Source: Thermoanaerobaculia bacterium
GTDB lineage: Bacteria; Acidobacteriota; Thermoanaerobaculia; Multivoradales; Multivoraceae
Direction: 5' to 3'
DNA: 64,000 bases
Assembly (NCBI GenBank): GCA_963664405.1
Contig: OY761158.1
Coordinates: forward strand, 6,016,001-6,080,000
The notes under the pieces were generated by a model. The model saw nothing but the letters and a program-made list of their open reading frames with translations, made no database searches and had not been told where the DNA came from. Shown in pieces: positions 39,587-50,025 of the stretch. Numbering within the stretch: the stretch's first letter is position 1; every line of letters starts with the position of its first letter. The position numbers and the translations under genes were made by a program.

Positions 39587-40669
39587 CTAGCGCGCTGCCA
39601 CCCTGACTTCGAAGTTAGCGCTGAAGCTCGCCAGCACCTCTTCGCGGGACTTCTGGCCGACGAGCTTCTCGAGCAGGCGTCCTTGGGCGTCGAGGAAGAA
39701 GTAAACCGGCACGAGATGACTCTCTACCAGGTCCGCCAGACTCGGATCGTTGAACCCCCAGATCTCGAACCTCGGCTCGAGCTCGGGCAGCCAGGCGTTC
39801 AGATCCTCGATGGATCCGCTGTTGATGTAGACACCGACCACGTTGATGCCCCTCGGACCGTAGGAGTCGGCAAGATGGTTGAGGATCGGTAGCGAGTCGA
39901 GAGAGTGACGGCAGTGAACGGCCAGGAAGACGAGGAGCGTCTCGGAGCCTCGAAGGCCGCTGAGACTGACTTCCTCGCCGGCCACGCTGTGGGCGGCGAA
40001 CTCCGGCAGAATGAAGTTCTCGAAACGCTGGCCATCCTCGGCCTTCTCGGTCACATACATGTCGAGGATCTCTCCGGTGGCTCCCGAGAGGTCGCCGTAG
40101 ATGGAGCACGCTTCATACTGTGCACAGCGGCTACCTGCGAGCAGATCGCCGAGGGCGCCCATCTCTTCCAGTTTGTCCATGACCGCATTGGTGAGCACGG
40201 CGCGATGATCCTCTGCGACCCTGACTGCGGTCGCTTCGAACACTTCGCTGTCTTCGAAGGCCGGGCTGCCGGTCTGAATAATGCGCTTGGCCATCCAATC
40301 CGCCACCCGATCGAGCTCCTCTGAGGAGAGATCGCCTCTCGAGGTCGCCGGGGTGCCCTCGCCCTGGAGTTGGGTTGGGTAGCCCACCTTGTTCACCACA
40401 TCGACCAAGTGCTGCGCGCTGACAGTCTTGGCCTGGATTCGCGCGATCGCTTCGTTCTTCGTGCGATCCACCGAGATCACCTCGACCCCGTCGACTCCCG
40501 CCAAGGCTCCCTTGACTTGAAGCTGACACATGGAGCTCGACATTCCCCGCACCTCGAGCACTACGGTCTCTAGATCCGCCTCCGCCGCGGACCAGATTGG
40601 AATTAGCGCGAGCAAGGTTGCCAGGAGTAGCAGTCGACCAAGAAATCTGTTGCTGGTAAATAGCGTCAT
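39587..40669 (-). CDS. Secreted HMA-domain + TlpA/redoxin fusion protein
   Basis: Signal peptide; HMA VRGMSSSMC; C-terminal redoxin LLVFLAVHCRHSLDSLP...VPVYFFLD. Confidence 0.78.
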   Translation of the reverse strand: MTLFTSNRFLGRLLLLATLLALIPIWSAAEADLETVVLEVRGMSSSMCQLQVKGALAGVDGVEVISVDRTKNEAIARIQAKTVSAQHLVDVVNKVGYPTQLQGEGTPATSRGDLSSEELDRVADWMAKRIIQTGSPAFEDSEVFEATAVRVAEDHRAVLTNAVMDKLEEMGALGDLLAGSRCAQYEACSIYGDLSGATGEILDMYVTEKAEDGQRFENFILPEFAAHSVAGEEVSLSGLRGSETLLVFLAVHCRHSLDSLPILNHLADSYGPRGINVVGVYINSGSIEDLNAWLPELEPRFEIWGFNDPSLADLVESHLVPVYFFLDAQGRLLEKLVGQKSREEVLASFSANFEVRVAAR

Positions 40670-40682
40670 CGTTCTCTCCTTG

Positions 40683-40997
40683 CTAGCTTTGCTTGAGAAG
40701 GGTCGACAGGACCTTGGTGACTCGGTCCAGTCGCTCGTCAGCATCACCGGTCATGCAGGTCTGGACGCACGACTTGAGCTCGTGATCGATCAGCACAGCA
40801 CTGAACTTATTGAGCGCCGCCTTCAGCGCGGCGACCTGGAGCAGGATCTCGTCAGCGCACCTCTCCTCCTCGACCATGCGCTGCACCGCTCCAACGTGTC
40901 CCTGGAGCCGTGCCAAGCGATTCGAGAGCGCCTTCTTGGAGGCGGCGTCGAGGTAGCCGGTCCCTGCTTTAGCCGCGGCCAGCTCTGCTGTTGTCAT
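40683..40997 (-). CDS. CsoR/RcnR-family metal-sensing repressor
   Basis: RLARLQGHVGAVQRMVEEERCADEILLQ...HELKSC motif. Confidence 0.9.
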   Translation of the reverse strand: MTTAELAAAKAGTGYLDAASKKALSNRLARLQGHVGAVQRMVEEERCADEILLQVAALKAALNKFSAVLIDHELKSCVQTCMTGDADERLDRVTKVLSTLLKQS

Positions 40998-41024
40998 GAT
41001 CGGTTCTCCAGAGTAGTAGATGGA

Positions 41025-41780
41025 TCAAGGCTGGTCTAGGTGGTCGAGCTCGCGGGCAAGCTCTTTCGCCTCGATGAAGCCTACGTGGCGAAAGAGCTCT
41101 TCGCCCTTGGGCGCCAGGACGACGATTGTGGGCAGGCCGAGTGCTTCGTAGTAGTTGGCCGCGACAGGATGTTCGTCGGTGTCGATTCGAAGGAACACAT
41201 TTCGTCCCAGGAACTCTTGAATCCCCACCTCGGAGATGGTTCGCTCTTCGAGCACTTTGCACGGGGCACACCACTCGGCCCAGAAGTCGAGAAAAAGGAG
41301 CTTTCCTTCGCGCTCTGCGGTGGCCAGCGCGACGGATATCGGCGGCGGAACCGGGCCGCTTCTCTGTTTCGCCTGCGCACTGTCTCCAGACGGAACGATC
41401 TCGGGCTCGAAGTCGAGCTCCGTGATTGCTTCCAGCATCTCAGTGGGTGCCACCTCGCCCGGGTCGTATCCCACCGTGAAGAGATCGGTGTCCAGATCGA
41501 CTCGGACTGCTTCGACTCCTGCGAGCCCTTCCAGGGCCGCTTCCACGCTGTCGGGTCAGCCCATTCACGTGGCGCCGCTGCGACTCTTCATCATGCCCCG
41601 CACGACGATGCGAACGGTCTCGCTCGAATCCTCTGGGCTCCCGCCGCGCCGGATGGGAATGTCGAGGACGATTCTGCCGCCGAGATCCTCCTGGGCGGCG
41701 GCCGTTTCCCGGTGGTCGACTGCGAGGAGTAGGAAGGCCACGACCGTGGCCGCGACTAAGGGCTTGTAGCGATACTGCAC
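41025..41780 (-). CDS. Predicted selenoprotein: signal peptide + HMA domain with UxxU + thioredoxin (WCAPC)
   Basis: ORFs 41565-41828 and 41025-41546 are in the same frame, separated by TGA-ATG-GGC-TGA at the CxxC position of the HMA fold. A hairpin lies just 3' of the UGAs. Confidence 0.78.
41521..41540 (-). other. Candidate bacterial SECIS hairpin
   Basis: GCGGCCCU-GGA-AGGGCUCGC, with a G-led apical loop 23 nt after the second UGA and 32 nt after the first. Confidence 0.5.
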
Positions 41781-41830
41781 GGATCGGCTCGTCTTCTTTT
41801 CCGCTATCTCCAAGAAGGCTCCCCACATAA

Positions 41831-41849
41831 TATCCCCTACGGGGGGATA
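41831..41849. promoter_or_regulatory. CsoR/RcnR-type operator
   Basis: TATCCCCTACGGGGGGATA: a G/C-tract palindrome with AT ends, adjacent to a TATTAT -10 on the minus strand. Confidence 0.75.
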
Positions 41850-41937
41850 CGGATGAAGGTTACAGACGGATTGGGAATCCCGCCCCTCCTCTTCTACAAT
41901 TACGCCTCATGGAGCTCAGCCCCAGCCCGATCACCCC

Positions 41938-42336
41938 ATGAGCCGACCCCTCGATGCAGGCGCCGCAGCCGAGGTCGCCCGGCAACATCGTATGGCGGAC
42001 AGCGTCGGGGTGCCCGTCGCGCGCCGCCACATCTTTCTCTGCGCCGATCAGACCAAGCCGCAGTGTTGCGAGAAAGAAAGGGGCCTCGAGGCTTGGAGCT
42101 ATCTCAAAAGGCGTCTCCGTGAGCTCGGCCTCTCCGAGGCCGGTGGCGTACTGCGAACGAAAGCGAACTGCCTGCGCATCTGCGAAGGCGGGCCGGTCGC
42201 TGTCGTCTACCCGGAAGGCACCTGGTATCGGCGATGCGATCCGCCCGTGCTCGAGCGCATCATCCAGGAGCATCTCCTCGGCGGCCGAGTGGTCGAGGAC
42301 TACCTGATCGTAGATCGCCCCCTCGACCCCTCTTAG
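41938..42336 (+). CDS. Thioredoxin-like (2Fe-2S) ferredoxin
   Basis: HIFLC...KPQCC...[20 protein letters not shown] motif. Confidence 0.9.
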   Translation: MSRPLDAGAAAEVARQHRMADSVGVPVARRHIFLCADQTKPQCCEKERGLEAWSYLKRRLRELGLSEAGGVLRTKANCLRICEGGPVAVVYPEGTWYRRCDPPVLERIIQEHLLGGRVVEDYLIVDRPLDPS

Positions 42337-42361
42337 CTCAGCGCTGAAGTCTGGCAACACG

Positions 42362-45169
42362 ATGAGCGACGAAGGCGCGGTCCGGGTCGTCAAGGCGACG
42401 ACGCACAACCTCAAGGCTATCGACTGCCGCGTACCCCACCGCAAGGTTACGGTAGTGACCGGGCCTTCGGGCGCGGGCAAGTCGTCACTGGCCTTCGACA
42501 CTATCTACGCGGAGGCACAGCGGCGCTTCATCCAGTCGATGTCGACCTACGCTCGCCAGTTTCTCGAGCAGATGGAACGCCCACCGGTCGAGGAGATCGA
42601 AGGCATCCTGCCCGCGGTAGCCCTCGTTGCAAAAAACTCGGTGAAGAACGCCCGCTCGACGGTCGGCACCATCAGCGAGGTCTACGATGTGCTTCGGCTT
42701 GTCTTTGCCCACCTCGGCAAGGTCGAGTGCTCCCAGGGCCATGGCCCGATGTCTTCCTCGACCGCAGGGGAGGCGGCCGAGAGTCTGATCTCCACTGCCG
42801 ACGACGTGCAGCTGACCGTTTTGGCGCCCCTCCCCCGACCCGCAGAGGGCGCCGATCGCATGCTCCAGGAGCTCATCCGTCAAGGCTTCTTTCGTATCCT
42901 GAGAGACGGGGCGACCGAGCGTTGGGAGGCCGGGGCCGATTGGCCAGAGGCGCTCGATCCCCTGCCGCTGGTTCTCGGCCGTTTTCGCGCCCACATCCAG
43001 GCCCGTTCGCGCCTCACTGCGGCGATCGAGGAGGCCTACCGTCTCACTGGCGGCCAGGTAGAGATCCAGGGAAGCAGCCTCCTGCACTTCGGGCGACGAC
43101 TCACCTGCACAACCTGCGGCGAGACCTCGGCGCGGCCCCAACCCGCTCTCTTTTCATTCAACTCTCCGCTCGGTGCCTGCCCGGCCTGTCAGGGTTTCGG
43201 TCGCATCATCGGCATCGATCGCGCGCGCATTATTCCCGATCCGCGAAAAACTCTGCGGCAGAAACCGATCGCCCCCTGGAACAGCCCGGCCTATGAGAAG
43301 CACTACGGCGGTCTGTGGAAGGCGTGCAAGGAGCACGGCGTGCCGCTGAATCGACCCTTCGAGGAGTTGAGCGACGAGGCTCTCGATCTGGTCTGGCGAG
43401 GTCGCGGCTTCGTCAATATCGAGCGCTTCTTTGCCTGGCTCGAACGGCGTAACTACAAAGTGCATGTCCGCGTGCTCTTGTCTCGCTACCGAGCCTACGA
43501 AGAGTGTCGTCGCTGCCAAGGCCGCCGACTACGGCCCGAGTCGCTGAGAGTGCTCCTCAAGGGCCGAAACGTTTCGGAGCTGGTCCAAAAGAGTGTCGAG
43601 GACCTGCGATCCTGGCTCTCCGATCAGAGTTGGGAGGGGTGGGAACGCGAGCTCGCCGAGCATCTCCTTGGCGAGCTCCAAGGGCGCCTCGAAACTCTCC
43701 ATCGAGTAGGTCTCGACTATCTCGCCCTCGATCGGCAGGCCCGCACCCTTTCCGGAGGTGAGACTCAGCGTATCCAGCTAGCCTCGGCGCTCGGTACCGG
43801 CCTGACCAACACCCTCTACGTGCTCGACGAGCCCACTATCGGCCTCCACCCCCGAGACTCGCAGCGCCTGGTCGATCTGCTCAAGAACCTGGCGAGCCAA
43901 GGGAACACGGTCCTGGTGGTAGAGCACGACCGTACGATCATCGAAGGAGCCGATCACGTCATCGACCTGGGGCCCCGAGCTGGCGAGCACGGGGGGGAGG
44001 TGGTGGCCGAGGGCTCTTTCGATGAGGTGATCGAGAGCGAGACCTCTTTGACGGCGGCTTACTTCCGAAAAGGCTTGCACCAATACTCCGCAGAAAACGG
44101 CGAGGCCGGATCCGCGTCAGCGCTCCTAGAGGGCTCTAGACGTGTCGAGGAGCTCCCGAAGATCGGCATCCGCGGTGCTCGCGAGAACAATCTGCGGAAC
44201 TTCGACGTGGAATTCCCCTTGGGTTGTCTGGTCGTCGTGACTGGAGTCTCGGGCTCGGGTAAGTCCACCCTCGTGCAACAGGTTCTCCACGGAACTTTTC
44301 AGCGCTCCCAAGGCGTTGTCGATGTGGAGCCGGGGCGCTGCGACGAGTTGGTGGGAGTCGAGGCCCTTGCCGACATCGTGCTCGTGGATCAGCGACCTCT
44401 CGGTCGCTCGAGCCGTTCAAACCCAGTCACCTACATCAAGGCCTACGACGACATTCGAAAGCTCTTCGCTGCTACTGCCAGGGCGAAGCGCGAAGGGATT
44501 ACCGCAGCGCATTTCTCGTTCAACCTCGATCGGGGGCGTTGTCCCGAATGTGAGGGCACCGGCTTGCAGGAAGTCGACATGCAGTTCATGGCTTCGGTGC
44601 TAGTGACTTGCGACCGTTGTCAGGGCCGTCGCTTCCGACCGGAGATTCTCAGCATCATCTTTGATGGTCGCAATATTGACGAAGTTCTAGAGCTCACGGT
44701 CGAGCAAGGGCTCGACTTCTTCGCCGGCCACACCCGGCTGTGTCGAAGGCTTCAGTCGCTTCAGGATGTCGGTCTCGGCTACCTCCGTCTAGGCCAGCAG
44801 ACAGCGACTCTCTCCGGCGGAGAGGCCCAGCGCCTGAAGCTCGCAACCTTCTTGCAGGCGCCGGGCAGGCGGTCGCGCTCAGAACCCCGTCTTTTCATCT
44901 TCGACGAGCCTACGACCGGACTCCATATGTGTGACATCGATCTTCTTCATCAGACACTGCGCCGCCTGCTCGAGGCGGGGCACGGAGTGGTGGTCGTCGA
45001 GCACAGCCTCGACCTCATCGCGCGTGCCGACTGGATCGTCGACCTTGGTCCCGGCGGCGGCGAGCACGGCGGCCACCTTCTCTTTTCGGGACCGATGATG
45101 GCGTTTCTCGAAACTGCGGACGGCCCGACGGCATCCGAGCTGCGACGTGCCCTCGATCCTGCCTCGTGA
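42362..45169 (+). CDS. uvrA: Excinuclease ABC subunit A paralog (UvrA-like)
   Basis: Two ABC modules (GPSGAGKSS, LSGGE, LDEP; GVSGSGKST, LSGGE, FDEP) and zinc fingers. Confidence 0.92.
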   Translation: MSDEGAVRVVKATTHNLKAIDCRVPHRKVTVVTGPSGAGKSSLAFDTIYAEAQRRFIQSMSTYARQFLEQMERPPVEEIEGILPAVALVAKNSVKNARSTVGTISEVYDVLRLVFAHLGKVECSQGHGPMSSSTAGEAAESLISTADDVQLTVLAPLPRPAEGADRMLQELIRQGFFRILRDGATERWEAGADWPEALDPLPLVLGRFRAHIQARSRLTAAIEEAYRLTGGQVEIQGSSLLHFGRRLTCTTCGETSARPQPALFSFNSPLGACPACQGFGRIIGIDRARIIPDPRKTLRQKPIAPWNSPAYEKHYGGLWKACKEHGVPLNRPFEELSDEALDLVWRGRGFVNIERFFAWLERRNYKVHVRVLLSRYRAYEECRRCQGRRLRPESLRVLLKGRNVSELVQKSVEDLRSWLSDQSWEGWERELAEHLLGELQGRLETLHRVGLDYLALDRQARTLSGGETQRIQLASALGTGLTNTLYVLDEPTIGLHPRDSQRLVDLLKNLASQGNTVLVVEHDRTIIEGADHVIDLGPRAGEHGGEVVAEGSFDEVIESETSLTAAYFRKGLHQYSAENGEAGSASALLEGSRRVEELPKIGIRGARENNLRNFDVEFPLGCLVVVTGVSGSGKSTLVQQVLHGTFQRSQGVVDVEPGRCDELVGVEALADIVLVDQRPLGRSSRSNPVTYIKAYDDIRKLFAATARAKREGITAAHFSFNLDRGRCPECEGTGLQEVDMQFMASVLVTCDRCQGRRFRPEILSIIFDGRNIDEVLELTVEQGLDFFAGHTRLCRRLQSLQDVGLGYLRLGQQTATLSGGEAQRLKLATFLQAPGRRSRSEPRLFIFDEPTTGLHMCDIDLLHQTLRRLLEAGHGVVVVEHSLDLIARADWIVDLGPGGGEHGGHLLFSGPMMAFLETADGPTASELRRALDPAS

Positions 45170-45229
45170 TCCTCATGGTAGAATTTACGCCTCTACAGCG
45201 TCCCCACCGCCGGGAAACCGTATCCGCAC

Positions 45230-47501
<2,272 letters not shown>

Positions 47502-47507
47502 TCGCAT

Positions 47508-48353
47508 ATGGACGAAACTTCCTCGAGTCTGGTCTTCGGCGGGCACCAGAAGTTCTTCACCCACGCCTCCGAGGTGCTCGGGTGCGACATGAACTTCGCG
47601 GTCTTCCTACCCCCCGCGGCGCAGAACCTCGAGTGCCCGGTGCTCTACTGGCTCAGTGGCTTGACCTGCACCGAGCAGAATTTCGTTACCAAGGCCGGTG
47701 CGCAGAGGTATGCCGCCGAGCAGGGGCTCATCATCGTCGTTCCGGATACCAGCCCACGTGGCAGTCAGGTTCCCGACATCGACGACCCCTACCTGGGCTG
47801 TGGCGCCAGCTTCTACATCAATGCCACTCAGCCTCCCTGGTCTGACTACTACCTCATGCACGAGTACTTGGTGAAGGAGCTCACAGGTCTGGTTGAAGGC
47901 AGCTTTCCCGTCGCAAAGGACCGCAAGGGAGCGATGCGGGGAATCAGCGGGCATTCGATGGGCGGCCATGCCGCGATCATGATTGCGCTGCGCAACCCGG
48001 GTCGCTATCGCTCGTTGTCCGCTTTTGCTCCGATTTCATCTCCCTCGAATAGCCCGTGGGGGGAGGCCGCCTACTTGCACTACCTGGGGGAGGATCGCGA
48101 GAGCTGGAAGAGCTGGGACGCTTCGTTTCTGGTCAAGGATGCGACCGAGAAGTTACCCATCCTCATCGACCAGGGCGAGGAAGACCCCTTTCTGCTCGAC
48201 CAACTCAAGCCCACCGTCTTCCAGAAGGCCTGCGCTACCGTAGATCACCCTCTACGGCTGCGAATACACGAGGGCTATGACCACAGCTACTTCTTTGTCG
48301 CCAGCTTCATCAAAGAGCACATCGAATACCACGCCGCGGCGCTGGCCGGGTAG
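47508..48353 (+). CDS. fghA: S-formylglutathione hydrolase
   Basis: WLSGLTCTEQN, PDTSPRG, GHSMGGH and GYDHSYFF motifs. Confidence 0.93.
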   Translation: MDETSSSLVFGGHQKFFTHASEVLGCDMNFAVFLPPAAQNLECPVLYWLSGLTCTEQNFVTKAGAQRYAAEQGLIIVVPDTSPRGSQVPDIDDPYLGCGASFYINATQPPWSDYYLMHEYLVKELTGLVEGSFPVAKDRKGAMRGISGHSMGGHAAIMIALRNPGRYRSLSAFAPISSPSNSPWGEAAYLHYLGEDRESWKSWDASFLVKDATEKLPILIDQGEEDPFLLDQLKPTVFQKACATVDHPLRLRIHEGYDHSYFFVASFIKEHIEYHAAALAG

Positions 48354-48405
48354 CTCTACCCAGAAGCGGACCCTGACCCGAACTCACACCGAGGAGATTG
48401 CCTCA

Positions 48406-49866
48406 ATGCTCAGAACCAAGTTCCTACCCGCGGTTTCGATCAGCCTGACAGCGCTGCTAGCTCTCCTCGCAGCGGTGCCGGTCGCCTCGCTCGAGACCGA
48501 CAACTGGCCTTCTTTCCGCGGTGGGGATGCCCTTTCCATCGCCGACGATAATCCCGGGCTTCCGATGACCTGGAGCACGACCGAGAACGTTGCCTGGAAA
48601 ACTCCGATCGAGGGCCTCGGCTGGTCGTCACCCGTAGTCTGGGGCAACCGAATCTTCGTCACCACAGTCGCCAGCGAAGGCGAGATCGAAGAGCCACGGA
48701 TGGGCCTTTACTTTCCCTACGGCTCTCCCGAGTCGGGAGGAGCCCCAGTCAAGGAGGGTGTTCTGAAGAAGCGCGACCGCGATGTCCATCACTGGCTGGT
48801 CTATGCCATCGATTTCGACAGCGGCGATGTGCTTTGGAAGACCGACGTCAACGCCGAGTCGCCCGGCTTCGATCGCCATCTCAAGAATACCTACGCCTCC
48901 GAGACACCGGTGACCGACGGCGAGCGCATCTATGCCTACTTCGGCAACGTGGGTGTCTTCGCCCTCGACATGAACGGCAAGCCGGTCTGGGAGAGGCGCT
49001 TCGAGGCGCGCGCAACGCGGCTCAGCTGGGGTACCGCGGCGTCGCCCGTGCTCCACGAGGACAAGCTCTTCATCGTCAATGACAACGACGATCAGTCGTA
49101 CGTCCTCGCCCTCGATAGCAAGACGGGGAAGGAGCTGTGGAGGGCGAATCGCGAAGAAGGGACGAACTGGGCGACTCCCTTCGTCTGGAAGAACGAGAAA
49201 CGAACGGAGCTGATCACCGCCGGCACAGACGAGGTCCGCGCCTACGGCCTCGACGGCAACCAGCTCTGGCACTTCCGTGGCATGAACTCGATCTCGATTC
49301 CGCAGCCCTTCAGCGAGCATGGTCTGCTCTACGTCACCTCCGGATATGTCGGCGACAAGGTCAAGCCGGTGTACGCGATCCGTCCTGGCGCCAGCGGTGA
49401 CCTGACTTTGAAAGAGGGGCAACAGAGCAGCGAGTTCATCGTCTGGTATCAAGATGGCGCTGGGCCCTACCACCCGACGCCGTTGGTCTACGGCGACTAC
49501 TACTTCACGCTCCTCGATCGTGGCTTCTTCACCGTTCACGACGCCAAGACCGGTGAAGAGCTCTACTTCACCGACGATCAGAAGGAGACCAAGCAGGTTC
49601 GCCAGCGCGTTTCCCGCGGCTCCGGAGGCTTCACCGCGTCGCCGTGGGCCTACAACGGCAAGATCTTCATGCTCAGTGAGAGCGGTGACACCTATGTGGT
49701 CGACACCAAGGATGACTTCAAGGTCGTCGGCACCAATTCGCTGGAGGAGGTCGCGATGTCGACTCCGGCGATGGCGAGGGGGAGCTTGTTCATCCGCACC
49801 CGATCGCATCTGTGGCGTCTCACCGAAGGTGGCGGCTCCGGCGCAGCCGCGCGTACAGGACGCTAG
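48406..49866 (+). CDS. Secreted PQQ-binding-like beta-propeller protein
   Basis: NWPSFRG, WKTPIEGLGWSSPVVWG and ASETPVTDG motifs. Confidence 0.85.
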   Translation: MLRTKFLPAVSISLTALLALLAAVPVASLETDNWPSFRGGDALSIADDNPGLPMTWSTTENVAWKTPIEGLGWSSPVVWGNRIFVTTVASEGEIEEPRMGLYFPYGSPESGGAPVKEGVLKKRDRDVHHWLVYAIDFDSGDVLWKTDVNAESPGFDRHLKNTYASETPVTDGERIYAYFGNVGVFALDMNGKPVWERRFEARATRLSWGTAASPVLHEDKLFIVNDNDDQSYVLALDSKTGKELWRANREEGTNWATPFVWKNEKRTELITAGTDEVRAYGLDGNQLWHFRGMNSISIPQPFSEHGLLYVTSGYVGDKVKPVYAIRPGASGDLTLKEGQQSSEFIVWYQDGAGPYHPTPLVYGDYYFTLLDRGFFTVHDAKTGEELYFTDDQKETKQVRQRVSRGSGGFTASPWAYNGKIFMLSESGDTYVVDTKDDFKVVGTNSLEEVAMSTPAMARGSLFIRTRSHLWRLTEGGGSGAAARTGR

Positions 49867-50025
49867 TGTCCCGTGCGGGAAGTTCGTTGACCACCGAGAG
49901 CGTCGAGGCGCCCGCTGGGCAAGGCGCTCCGACGCAGGCATATCGGGGACTATGTCGAGGAGGAGCAACGCCGCCCAGAGGGATGCATCGGCGCTCGAAT
50001 GGCAACGCACTTCCCGCACGGGACA
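49867..50025. mobile_element. MITE-like long palindrome M3 (TGTCC-ended)
   Basis: TIR TGTCCCGTGCGGGAAGT; CTAG at 49863 and 50026. Confidence 0.8.
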
